Below are positions 13,552-26,055 of a stretch of DNA of 64,000 nt, piece after piece. Under the pieces are notes generated by a model. That model worked only from the letters and a program-made list of their open reading frames with translations, was not told the origin of the DNA and did not search any database. This DNA is from Octopus vulgaris (taxonomy: Eukaryota): the NCBI GenBank assembly GCA_951406725.2, contig OX597816.1, forward strand, positions 121,024,001-121,088,000. The letters are read 5' to 3'. Numbering within the stretch: position 1 is the stretch's first letter; each line of letters opens with the position of its first letter. The translations under genes were made by a program, and so were the position numbers.

Positions 13552-15084
13552 CATTAATTCTAAGACAGAATCAATTACTTCGAGGCATGACCTTGCACTT
13601 ACAAGTACAGATTAGTTATTCTGCCTATCCTAACTCAATCACAAGGTCGGAGACAATTCGAGGCTATAGTAAAAGCATTTGCTCAAGATGCTACCCACTG
13701 GGGTCGAACCTGGAAGCTCGTGGTTGCAAAGCGAGCTTGTTAACGTACGCAATTATTGGAAAACTCATGTACTATATATAGTCATTCTTGCCATTGACAA
13801 TTTTGCGAGGTATAAATCTCGATTGACAGAAGGTATGTGTCATGACCGTGGATGGGCACAGCAACTACCTAGAATCATATGGATTCAGTTACATTAACTT
13901 GAGTGACCAAGGACAGTCAGATTATGAGTTCGGATCTTACTTGAATCTATTGTCAGGACACCTATTTGTGTCTAAGATATCGTCGTCGTCGTCGTCATCA
14001 TCATCAACATCATCATCATCATAATCATCATTATCATCTTTAATCATCATTATTCTAACGTGCACTATTTTATTCTTGCATGGGTTAGATGAAATTTGTT
14101 GAAGCAGATTTTCTGTATCTGGATGTCTTTACTATCGCCAACTGTCACTTGTTTCCAAACAAGGTAATATTTCCCCATTGCCAGCCATGTTTTTCACGGA
14201 AGACTGGAAACAAACAACATCGTTTGTGTAACGTTGACACTTGTTTACAATCACGTGATGTCATGACCAAGCGACACTCATACACACATGACACACATAT
14301 GTTAAAAGGAATATAAGAAAAACTATTTGAAAAGTAAACTAAAAATATATAAATGAAATCAGATAAAAATAAAATGATTCCTTTATTAACTATTAAGAGT
14401 TTATTCAAAGACCAACGATGGCACATGACGATATAATGCGATATGATATGATGGAGGTTACGTGAAGGCACGTGGACAGTAAAATAACAATAATAAATTC
14501 AAACAAGAAAAAAAATTCAAAAAGTGTGACACTTCAAAGGGCAGTCCGTGGAAACCCCACAAAACCACGGTCGACCTCAACATTAGGGCAAGTGCACTCC
14601 CCTTAACTTCCCCTCTCAGTCTACTATCGCAAACTCAGAGTAAGCTCGCTCACTTTGACCATTCTCGTCACATTCATCCACCTTCCAACAAATATTTTGG
14701 CAGGTAGTACTTCCCTTTCCATCCTCACATTCCTTTTCGAGTAGAACTTGAAAAAGTTGATGAGAACTTGGGCCAAAGAGTAAAGTGCCTGTCTTCAGCC
14801 CTTTCAACTTAAATTACCACACAACTTCTTTCACTGAGGTCACCAGACTGATAAACGTTGCTTGTTCTTTATAGATGGTATGAAATAAAAAGAGAAAACA
14901 TGTTTCATAAGTCTGTTTAGAAAGAAGTAAAAGTTGATTGTCCTGCATCCATCTTACGGTTAAGTTTGTTTAGTTAAAATTATACATTTTCAAGCTGGTT
15001 TCAAAAATGACCATAGAACTACATTAAATATTGTAACACTTAACATAACTTGCACTTTTGCTTAATAGATTACCATTTAGATGC

Positions 15085-15520
15085 CTACGTGGGTAAAGAG
15101 TTTCCTTCACAACCACATATTCCTGGTTCGTGGCATTTTGTGTAAGCGTCTTCTTCTATAGCCTACGTTCGGCCAATTCCTTTTTACTAAAATAAGTAAA
15201 CTGATACTGTACGGAAGCTAGACGTACATATGCACGCAGCCCCAACCCCACATATATGTGTGTATATGTATGTATGTGCGTGTGACTGTATGTTTGTCTT
15301 TAAATCTAGCTTAACGCTACCACAGCTTGGAAAAAAAAGACAGTGGGTGTGTTCATGTCCGTTAACTTGTCGGTGCGACAAAAAGATTTCGCTAAAATAA
15401 GTAAGTACCAAATTTAAAAAAAAGAATAAGTGTGTGTGTCGATAGATGTGATTCACTGAAAAAAAAAAAAAGAGGAAAATCAAGGCGGTGTTCCAGCAAG
15501 GTCGCAATGAGTAAAAGACG
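15085..15520 (+). mobile_element. SINE family B, degenerate
   Basis: Family B head and 'aaggcggtgttccagca' 3' block. Confidence 0.6.
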
Positions 15521-15701
15521 AATTACAAGTAATAATGACATTTTTTCCTTACTCTTTCATGTTTGGAAAGCAGGATGGAGTTTGCATTAATACTCTTTGT
15601 GAACTATTGCTGTTTTCGTTGTCTTTGTTTTTGCTTTTTACAAGGTGGTGAGCTGGCAGAATCGTTTGCACACCGGACAAAGTGCTTAGTGGTATTTCGT
15701 C

Positions 15702-15860
15702 TGCTTTTACGCTTTGAGTTCAAATTCCGCCGAAGTCGACTTTGCCTTTCATCCTTTCGGAGTTGATAAAATAAGTACCAGTTGAACACTGAGGTCAATA
15801 TAATTGATTTACCCCCTCCCCTCGAAATTCTTGACCTTGTATTAAAATTTTAAACCATTA
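15702..15860 (+). mobile_element. SINE family A
   Basis: Family A head and core. Confidence 0.85.
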
Positions 15861-16129
15861 TTGTTGTTGTTTTTGTTGTCAAGGTAGCAACCTAACTGAC
15901 TGGCTTTGGTTACAACTAAATAATTAAGATAAAGTTTGCCATTGCAAATTGAAGTATGGGAAATGGCAATGAAAAATATCCCTTATTCCGAGACCAAAGC
16001 GATTGTACCTAACACGGGCTACGAAAACAGTGTTGTTGATTAGCCTCAGGTAAACTGCTATTGAGCAAATCTATCCAACGTGATTACCCCTTCTTTTATT
16101 GTCAGTCATAATACTTTAATAAAAAAAAA

Positions 16130-16437
16130 AACTGGTACTCTGTCGGTTACGACGACGAAGGATGCAATTGATCCGATCAACGGAATAGTCTGCTCGTGAG
16201 ATTAACGCCCAAGTGGCTGAGTATTCCACGAACACCTTTAACGTAGTTCTCGGGGAGATTCGGCATGACACAGGAGGCCCTTTGAAATACAGGTACTACT
16301 CATTTTTGCCAGCCGATTGAACTGAAGCAACGTGAAATAAAGTGTCTTGCTTAAAGACACAACTCGTCGCCGGGAATCGAACTCAAGACCTTACGATTGT
16401 GAGCCAAATATTCCTAACCACTAAGCCATGCGCCTTC
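16130..16437 (-). mobile_element. SINE family C
   Basis: Reverse complement of the 12916 head and core. Confidence 0.75.
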
Positions 16438-17459
16438 ATGCTAAGTATTTTAATAATTACATTATTAAACGAATTTTTTTTAAAGAGAAATAATTAATTG
16501 CAGAGCGAGAAACGAGGAAGATATAACAGTTATATCTAGCAGACTGAGCAACAAAGTAGAAACTCGTAAAGACTTTGACAAAAAAAAAAAAAAATCAGTG
16601 TAAGGAAAATATTCTGTAAGCTAAACTAAATCATTGCTCCACCAAGGCAAATTCTATCATCATCTAGAACACTCAAAATCAAATCAAATTGCTGAAACCC
16701 ATAGATCTCCCATCAGGTATCTATGACTAGATATCGTAGGTTTGATAACAACATGATTTTATTTTAATAGGTGATTTCACTCCAGAGAAGCTATATTATT
16801 CACCCTGGAATTGAACAATTCTCTACACTATTCGCAATGATTATGAATATTGGTTTCAAATTTTGGCGCAAGGCCAGGAATTTCGGAGAAGGGGTAAGTC
16901 AATTACATCGAGCCCAGAGCTCAACCGGTCCTTGTTTTACCAAGCCCGAAAAAAATAAAAGTAAACTCGGAATTTGATCTTAGAACGTAAAGGCGAACAA
17001 ACTACCACGAAGCATTTTGGTCGGTGTACTAACGATTCCGCCAGCTTACCGCCTTACTAACTATGAATATCAATTTCTGTCATAGATAAAAGGCAGCAAA
17101 GGTTTTGTGATGGGAATGGGTTTTAGTTGACTGGTACTTAATTTATTAAACGCGGAGATTTAAAACCGTAGCGAAATTTGGACGTTATACATGAAAGGAA
17201 GTAAATGATTACTACAAAATAATATGTCCAATTTCTGTCAGTTGTGCCATCCACGGTGAATATTTAAGGGAAAACTTTATAAAAATGTACATGTATTTCC
17301 GTATCAAAAACCTTTTCCTTGTTTCTTTTTCTATTTTATTTGTGGTTTTAGTTAATCTTATGGGATTTAACTTACACGAATTATCTTTATTGTTGATAAT
17401 TATCCTATATATTATATTTATCGGTCTTAATTTTACAATTGTAATTCGGAATAATCCTC

Positions 17460-17545
<86 letters not shown>

Positions 17546-17692
17546 GTCGATCTGTCTGTCTGTCTGTCTGTCAATCTCTCTGTCTCTCTCTCTCTGTCTC
17601 TGTCTCTCTCTCTCTCTGTCTCTGTCTCTCTCTCTCTCTCTCTCTGTATATATATATATACATATACATGTAGTCAGAATGTTGGATACTTG

Positions 17693-17806
17693 TATATATT
17701 TTTATTTACATTTTTAGCGCTTACTTCCGTTATCGGATTTATCAGAAACGTTTTGATGAATCCGAAACGGAAGAAAGCGCTAAAAGTGTAAATGAAAATA
17801 TATATA
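17693..17806. ncRNA. Head-to-head hammerhead ribozyme-like pair
   Basis: Plus: TTGATGA-A-TCCG aaa CGGA-A-GAAA-GCGC-TA (17753-17782). Minus: CTGATAA-A-TCCG ataa CGGA-A-GTAA-GCGC-TA. Central palindrome AAACGTTT. Confidence 0.6.
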
Positions 17807-17856
17807 ATGATCCAAAATTCTGACTGCCTTGTTATTCTCAATATACAATATCTGTA

Positions 17857-18040
17857 GGGCGATGAGCTGGCAGAATCGTTAGTACGCCGGGTGAAATGCT
17901 CAGCGGTATTTCGCCTGCCGTTACTTTCTGAGTTAAAATTCCCCCGAGGTCGACTTTGCCTTTTATCCTTTCGGGGTCGATTAAATAAGTACAAGTTACG
18001 CACTGGGGTCAATATAATCGACTTAATCCGTTTGTCTGTG
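17857..18040 (+). mobile_element. SINE family A
   Basis: Family A head and core. Confidence 0.85.
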
Positions 18041-18534
18041 ACAAGCAATGTTTAGGCATAAGCGAAATATGTTTGTGACATAAATAACACTACAATCTTT
18101 ACTACAAGTAATTTACGCCCTTTTATCTCATGCAAATACCTCACTGTTACCCTGTACACTTCACATTTGTATTGTTGCTAACACTTTTTGAATCCTGGTG
18201 GCCAATTTAAAAGAAAAATGGTTGAATAGTTAGAGCACCGGAAGAAATGCCTTGTGGTGCTTCGTTCTGAGCTCAAATCCCACCGAAGGCGACTTTGCCT
18301 TTGCGTTAGTTTGAGGCTCTCCTGTACCAGGAGAACTGCACCATCTATGCATTCACTATTTCGGGATCGATAAAATAAAATACCAGTCGAGGACTAGGGT
18401 CGATGATATCGAGTAATCACTTCGCCTCAAAACTGCTGGCCTTGTGCTTTAAATTACTCGTTGTTGTTATTGTTTGACGCTCTCCTGTATCAGGAGGATT
18501 GTATCATCTATGCGTTCACATATTTTACAGACTA

Positions 18535-18895
18535 TTCTTTTATCTGTTTCGGTAATTTGACTGCCTCCATGCTGGAGCACTGTTTTGAAGGGTTTTTTTT
18601 AGTCGAACAAATCGACTTCAGAACTTATATTTTTTAAGCCTAGTACTTATTCGGTCTCTATTGCCAGACCGCTAAGTTATGGGGACGTAAACAAACCAGC
18701 ACCGGCTGTCAAGCGGTGAGGGAGGTACAGCCACAAAGACAAGAGCACACACATAGAAACATATACACATTTATATACGACAGGCTTCTTTCAGTTTCCA
18801 TCTGCCAAATCCACTCACAAAGTTTTGGTTGGCTCGAGGCTACAGTAGAAGACACTTGCCCAAGGTGCCAGGCAGTGGGGTTGAATCCGGAGCCA
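18535..18895 (-). mobile_element. SINE family B
   Basis: Family B blocks. Confidence 0.8.
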
Positions 18896-18899
18896 TATG

Positions 18900-20202
18900 A
18901 AATATGAGTAAAATGATAAGCAAGTGGAAAGCAGCAGGACCTGATAGTGTACAGGGATTTTGGATAAAAAAATTCAGTAGTTGCCATGCATTGATCAATG
19001 AAAGAGAAAAAATCCCGGGTTAGTTGACACAAGGACGAACGGTGTTGTGTCTGAAGGCTACATCAAAGGGAAATGCCGCTGACAATTACAGGTCACTTTC
19101 TCAGAAATTGCTGAAGAACTGTACGAATTTCCTGATGAGAACGATATATTACCTATGGAACAAAAAGGCTGTAGAAGGAAATAAAGAGGTACCAAAAATC
19201 AATTATTGATAGACAAAATGGTACTGCAAGATTGTAAACGAAAGAGAACAAATCTGGGAATGGCTTGGATTGACTATCGCAAAGCTTATGGTGTGATTCC
19301 ACATTCGTAGATAATCGAGTGCTGTGATCTGTTTGGAATTGCGATGAATGTAACGTGTTTTCTGAACAGAAGTATGGTGGGGTGGAAAACTGAACTGACA
19401 TCTTACGGAAAAGGCTTGGACACCCCGGGTATCAGAAGAATAATTTTCCAGTGATAGCTTATATTCGTTGCTTTTTGTTCCCTGCATGATACACCTGAGC
19501 TTGATACTTAGGAAAATGAACCTGGGGTACCAACTAAAGGGAAAATCCCAAACAATCAACCTCCTCCTCTTCATGAATGATTTGAAACTGTATGGCAAGG
19601 ATGAGACACAAGTGAGTTCCTTGGTGAGTACGGTCCACTGTTTTATTGCTGATATTAGAATGGAATTTGGACTCAAGAAGTGCAGAAAAATCTACCTAAA
19701 AGGAGGTAAGGCACAGTCCACAGCAGGGATAGAATTAGCGAATAGAGACTTGATTAAACAAATTGAAACGGTAGGCTACAAATACCTTGGTGTACTAGAG
19801 TTCAACAAGATAATGGAGAAGGAAATGAAAGAGCAACTGAGGAAGTAAAATTTCCGAAGACTAAAAATTGCGCTAAAAATTGACCGGATGGAATAAAATC
19901 CAAGCATTATTACATGGGCGATAGCATCATTTCGATATGGGGCGGGAATGATAAAATGGTAAAAGAGAGAAATGAAGAAAATGAATACCAAGAAGTATCA
20001 TCACACAACTACCAGCTTGACTAAAAAAGATTGGTAGAAGTGAGAAAGTAGAACACCTACAAAAATCAGCATTGCTTGGAACTGCAAGAATTCTTTGCAG
20101 GGTTCTAGAAGCATGACCAGAAAACAAGTGTCACCTTAGTCTACTGGCTGTAGGTAGCTGACACTTTCCATCATACCCATCAAAAGAAACTGAGTTTTCA
20201 TA
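18900..20202 (+). mobile_element. R4/Dong-clade LINE, degenerate RT region + 3' end
   Basis: [42 protein letters not shown] motifs; C-terminus LQKSALLGTARIL; ends at (TAA)n/(TAG)n. Confidence 0.9.
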
Positions 20203-20215
20203 TAACAACAACAAC

Positions 20216-20342
<127 letters not shown>

Positions 20343-20365
20343 ATAATAATAATAATAGTAATAAT

Positions 20366-21175
20366 GGAGCATCATAGCCATGTGTTGAGAGGGATTCTTT
20401 GGGGTTTGAATAATTCACCTCTGGAAACATGGGTGGTTCTTTCAACGTCCTTAAACAACCCTTATTCAAAGGACCTTTTGAGCAGGATGGGCTACTCAAC
20501 CTGAAGAAATTTCTAACTGGGCCCCACCTGCAAGGTCATGTGCTGTTTATCTTGATATGAGATCACCATGTCGCGCACATATGGTTGTGATGCATGTGCC
20601 TGTGCCTGGTGTACCCTTATCAGACGGGTAGTCATGATGGGTATATTGGGCTTCGTATATTTTACCCCAGTGTCACTTTGATGGCATGAACTGCTCTCTC
20701 ACTCAATAATAATAATAACTGATTGGAAGTGTTATCGTGTACGTTGTTTTGTCTTGGTATAAAAGATGGGCTACAGTAAATATTCTGCTCAGTACCACAG
20801 ACTTGTCAGTTGTTTGACCTTAGTGGTTGACAATATGTGCATCTCTGATCTCGAGCAGAAGTAGTTGAGGAACATCATAGCGTGTGTTGAGAGGAATTCT
20901 TTGGGGTTTGGATAATTAACTTTTGGAAACATGGGTGTTTTGTTCAACATCCTCTGAGCGGGGCGGGATACTCTCCCTGAAGAAAATTCTGACTGGGCCC
21001 CACCTGCAAAGTCATGCGCTGTTTATCTTGATATGAGATCACCATGTCGTGCACATATGGTTGTGATGCATGTGTCTGGTGTACTCTTATCAGACGGGTA
21101 GTCATGATGAGTATACTGGGCTTCATATATTTTACCCCAGTGTCACTTTGATGGCATGCGCTGGTTTCACTCAAT
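20366..21175. repeat. Two tandem copies of an unclassified interspersed element ending in (AAT)n
   Basis: 20366-20705 closely matches ~20868-21175 (shared 'ctgggccccacctgcaa.gtcatg.gctgtttatcttgatatgagatcaccatgtcg'). Confidence 0.75.
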
Positions 21176-21187
21176 AATAATAGTAAT

Positions 21188-21890
21188 AGGCATCAAGAGG
21201 AATATAAAAGGAAATTGGAATAGAGTGCCCAGTAGAACTATTGCAAAAGGTTTGCCTTCTTGGAATGGCCAGAATAATCAGGAAAGTATCAGATAGCTGA
21301 TACCGTAGGCATAGTACCGTAGGCTTCAGGTAGCAAGCCCGTTAGCGAACTTTTTTCCCACGAGAGTTCCGGACCCCATTTATAAGCTCATTTGTATACA
21401 GCCAATCAGAGCTCAACTATCAAGCTAATTTATGAGCGCATAACAAGTGATGGGCGATAACATAAGGTCACTTGGGCAAGAAATGACCATGTTTCTTTTG
21501 TCTTTTAATAACGCTTGTTGTTCTTGTTCTTGTTTCAACCATGGATGCCTCTGCATAGTTATTTGAATTGTTGTTTACTTTGTAAAACAGTAAGGGGAGA
21601 GGGTTGCTAGCACTTCACTCTCCACCCACATTTTTCCCATCCACATCCTTACCACGTGGGGGTCCTAACAAAATCCGATAATAGGTATAGATGCAAATCT
21701 ATCTAATTATTTGTCTCCTTCTAAACTCAGGCATAACCTTAACAACAAAGTCAAGGTGAGCTCTGATTGTCTGTATGCGAATGAGTTCATTACTGGGGTC
21801 CAGAACTCTCGTGGGAAAAAACAATTTCGCAACCCGCTATGCATGCAAGACTCTTGGAGTTCCAATAAAACCTGTGATAAAAAGAAATAA
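21188..21890 (+). mobile_element. R4/Dong 3' end interrupted by a MITE
   Basis: Matches the reverse complement of 9862-10080 on both sides of the insertion. Confidence 0.75.
21342..21832. mobile_element. MITE with ~28-bp TIRs
   Basis: ttttttcccacgagagttccggacccca (21351-21378) / tggggtccagaactctcgtgggaaaaaa (21794-21821); subterminal inverted ccaatcagagctca; flanked by duplicated cccg. Confidence 0.75.
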
Positions 21891-23899
21891 TAGTGATGAT
21901 GTTGATGATTTCATTTATTTGCCACCTGGGCGAAGGATAAGGGGGCCACTACAAAAACACACAAATTATTGAAGTTTACATATAATGAAATGATAAAATA
22001 TATAAATAAAAAACAAAAATAAAGAAGTAAGTATACACAGTACACACTGTAAAGGAAGGGATATATACATAGGGTATAAAGGTAAAAAAATGGTTTCAAA
22101 TTTTGGTACAAGACCAGGAACTTTTTAGGGAAGTGGAAAGTCGATTACAGCAACCGCAGTGCTCGACTTGTACTTATTTTATCGACCCCGAAAAGAAGAA
22201 AGGCTAAGTCTACCTCGATGGAATTTGAACTCAGAATGGCCAAATCCCGCCCAGGTCTACTTCACTTTTCATTTCTCTGAGGTCAATAAAATAAAATAAA
22301 GTACCAAGTTCTAGGGTCGTTGTATCCAATAACTTTCTCCCCTGAAACAAACAAATAAAAAAAAATGCTGACCTTGTGCTTAAGTTAGAATCTATTGTTA
22401 TTGTGACATTCTACTTAGAGCACTCCTCTTTCAAAACCTAAGTCGCAGTTTTAATCCCTTTTTATAAGAAGAACAGCAACAACAACTTGTTTACCTGAAC
22501 GAGTGTTTATTTACCTGTGACACTGTGAACTTCGTGTTTGTGTGTGAGTGCGTGTGTACGCACGCATGCGTGTTTGTGTGTGTGTGTTTGTGTGTGTGTA
22601 TGTATATATGGGAGCCGATTCCTGTTTGAACGTATGTATATTAATTATTCGTCCGTTTATGTGTGTGCGTGTGCGTGTGTGTGCGTACGCATGTTTATAA
22701 TTTATTTATTTATACCTGTAATGGCAGTTAGCGTCAGCACAGTTTGCTCTTCCGATGCATTGAGACCACTCTCCCTCACGCCCACTTCTTGTACGCTTGT
22801 TCAAACGCGGGTCAGCTTCAGTATTATTAGCTTTGCTTTTTCCCTCTTTTTTTTTTCTCTTTATTAATAAACAAAATACACACAACGCTACAAACAAAAA
22901 GAATACAAAAACAAATACAGGAAAAATAAAACAAATATGTAAACAAAAATAACAATAACACACATCTAAAAGCCTCTCAGACCCCATTCATCAAACTTGC
23001 TGACATCGGAAAACATCACTGCTATATAAAAGGTGTGTCGATTGTTTGGGAAGGAATATGTGATGGTGGTGGTGGTGGTGGCGGTGGTGGATAGTGTGTA
23101 GGCGATTCGGTCAAACTACTTGGGTGAGGTGCATTCCGTGGTCGGGTAGCTAGGTAGCTGGGTGGCTGGGTGAGTGACTAGATGGTTGAATATTGAGGTG
23201 GAGAGAAATGAAAGAAGGGTGGTTGGTTTCCGTCGGGTATTTTTCAAAAGACTTGAAGAGTAGGGACTATACATACATACATAAATACATAAATACATAC
23301 ATACATACATTAAAAAATACATACGTAAATGTATGTATGTATGTATGTATGTATGTATGTATGTATGTATGTATGTATGTATGTATGTATTTTATTGTCA
23401 TGTAGAGAAGAAAAAGCGTGACAAATGTGTCAACTGATGGGTTGGTACAGCTTGGGTGGTAGGTGAAAAAGAAAGAAAATAATGATGATTATAATGATGA
23501 TGATGACGATGATGATGATGGTGGTGGTGGTGGTGGTCGTCGTCGTCGTGGTGGTGGTGGCGGCGGTGGTGGTGTTGGTGTTGGTAGTGGTGATGGTAGT
23601 GGTGATGTTGCTCGCGAAAATATCGGGGACGGTAGTGGATGAACAATGAAAACAATAGGCGCTTTAAAACGAGGTACACTATATGTACACTTGACCAGTA
23701 AAGTAAGTAGGGGACATTTCTATAAATGATGGGTTTTAAACTAAGAAGCCCAATAATTAAAATGAACGTAATTCTCAGAAATACCTTGTGGTGCTTGTGA
23801 GTTTTTGCATGTCATATATATATGCATATGTATGAATGCACCCACACGCTATATGTATATATACACATTTCTGATCTAAGCGTCTTAAAATGTTTTCAG

Positions 23900-24245
23900 T
23901 GGTGTAGAATTTACAATGTAATTATTCTTTTTCATTCCAGATGCCATTATATTAAGCATTTGCGAAGAGTAACCATGCCACGCACAAAAAAATTCAGCAG
24001 AACTGTCAGATTTTCAAAGAGGTCGTATTGTTGGGCAATCTGAGCCAGCGAAAAATTGCTGAAAATCTTCAAATTCCTCTTGTTACTGTTAATAGAATTA
24101 TAGCGCAATTCAAAAGCCAAGGAAAAGAATCAACAGATTCTCGTCCCGGCCCATCTGGACCTTCGGAAAGGAAGCTTCGCTCTTTGAAGAGAATTGTGGA
24201 AAACGAACCCCGTTCGAAGGCATCTCACATTGCAAAACAGGTGAT
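23900..24245 (+). mobile_element. Tc1 5' fragment
   Basis: [20 protein letters not shown]...RPGP HTH, homologous to the 6.5-kb Tc1. Confidence 0.75.
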
Positions 24246-24249
24246 GTAG

Positions 24250-24362
24250 ACAACAAACAGATGTATTAGTTTAACGCTCGGGAAAAGAAAAAGTCTTTAA
24301 CGTTTCGAATCTATGCTCCTCCACAGAAAGGAACGCAGAAAGAAACAAGGAGAGAAAATAAG
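24250..24362 (-). ncRNA. PLE terminal fragment with degenerate minimal hammerhead
   Basis: CTTT-CTGTGGA-G-GAGC atag ATTC-GAAAC-GT-T-AAAG; homologous to the 45450 and 29736 motifs. Confidence 0.6.
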
Positions 24363-24411
<49 letters not shown>

Positions 24412-24416
<5 letters not shown>

Positions 24417-24699
24417 TTAGGGAATAAATCCAAATTAGGAATAAATCCAAATTTACAGGGAAAAAAAATCAGATTTAGGATTAAATCCAATTTTATAGTA
24501 AAATATTATAAAATATTATTAGAGACAAAACCACTATTTTGCAAAACAAACAAGGAAAGACTTAATCAATACATAAAATTTTAATAAATAGTCAAAAAAA
24601 CCGCCACATTTTATTAAAATGTGACTATTTATTAAAATTTTATGTATTGATTAAGTCTTTCCTTGTTTGTTTTGCAAAATAGTGGTTTTGTCTCTAATA

Positions 24700-24705
<6 letters not shown>
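24412..24705. repeat. Insert in (TA)n with a perfect 79-bp inverted repeat
   Basis: 24516-24594 is the reverse complement of 24622-24700. Confidence 0.85.
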
Positions 24706-24758
<53 letters not shown>

Positions 24759-24796
24759 CGTGTGTGTTCCTACCACCAGCGTCACTTGACTGATAT

Positions 24797-24865
<69 letters not shown>

Positions 24866-24973
24866 CGTGTGTGTTCCTACCCCAGCGTCACTTGACAACT
24901 GATATTGTTGTGTTTACGTCTCCGAAACTTAGCCGTTTGGCAAAATATTCCGATAAAATAAGTATTAGGCTTA

Positions 24974-25534
24974 CAAAGGCTTTGTGTAGCCTTTGTGGTG
25001 TTAACAACTAGCTAACATAGATGTATTAAAATACAGTGTCTTTGACAATAATAAGAAAATGTTAAGAGAGGCATAGTGATTAAACAGTTTACATAAAAGT
25101 ATTCAAAATAGGCAGTAAAATAATTAATAATTGTTTAATAAGTTCATCAGAAATCATAATTGTTTATAAGTACATATACAGAAAGAATTTGTAGACAGTA
25201 TTTTATACAAGACTGGGGATGAAGAAAAGAAGGTTGATCATTGGTCATTCCTCTAAAATCCTTATAAATAGTTATGAGTTCCGATGAAACAATACACGCT
25301 TTCTCCTCTCAAATAATGTCTACAAATTCTTTCTGTAAATATGGTGATAAACATTTATAATTTCTGATGAACTTATAAATTTATTTTACTGCCTATTTTG
25401 AACACTTTTATGTAAGCTGTTTAAACACAAAGCCTCTCTTAACATTTTCTTATCATTGCCAAAGACTCATCATTGTATTTTGATATATATATGTTAACTA
25501 ATCTTTAATGCCACAAAGGCTACACAAAGCCTTG
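24974..25534. mobile_element. Foldback MITE with ~230-bp imperfect TIRs, inserted at a SINE B
   Basis: aaggctttgtgtagcctttgtgg... / ...ccacaaaggctacacaaagcctt; arms align inward to ~25200 and ~25315. Confidence 0.8.
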
Positions 25535-25631
25535 CACTTTACCTTTGAAAATCTTTTTTTAAAAAAGGGAACCCAGTCAAGTCAATAAACAGCTTTGAAA
25601 GACCTCTGTATTTTCAAATCCTCTTCCCTAT

Positions 25632-25832
25632 ATGTGTGTGCCGAAAAGTTCCTTGCTTTAAGTGTGTCGTGAAAGGCCTGGTTGAAGGCCCAAACTTTCG
25701 TGTTATTTTACAGTATTTATCGAAACTGGAGGACTACTTTAATAAGTATGTGAATTTGAAGGGAATATGTTGAATGAAATCATCATTAACTCATCCTTCT
25801 CAAAGCTAGGGACTTCTCAGCAAGCCCTAGTA
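25632..25832. mobile_element. ~200-bp mariner-type MITE
   Basis: Same family as 49361-49570 and 57893-58102 (g.tg.tgaaaagttc.tggcttt termini). Confidence 0.65.
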
Positions 25833-26055
25833 TATATATATGTGTATATGCGCGCGCGCGCGCGTGTGTGTTTGTTCGCAACCACCGCTTGACAATCGGT
25901 GTTGATTTGTTTACTTTCCCATATCTTAGCGGTTCGGCAAACGAGAATGATACCATAAGTACGAGGTTTTAAAAATAATTATTAGGCTCGATCCATTCGA
26001 CTAAAATCTTTCAGAGGTGTGCTCCAGCATGGCCGCAGTCTTATGTATGTATGTA

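Noticed and set aside
24706-24905. Duplicated SINE B fragment with (TA)n(TG)n
   Set aside because: Most simply microsatellite-mediated slippage or an assembly duplication.
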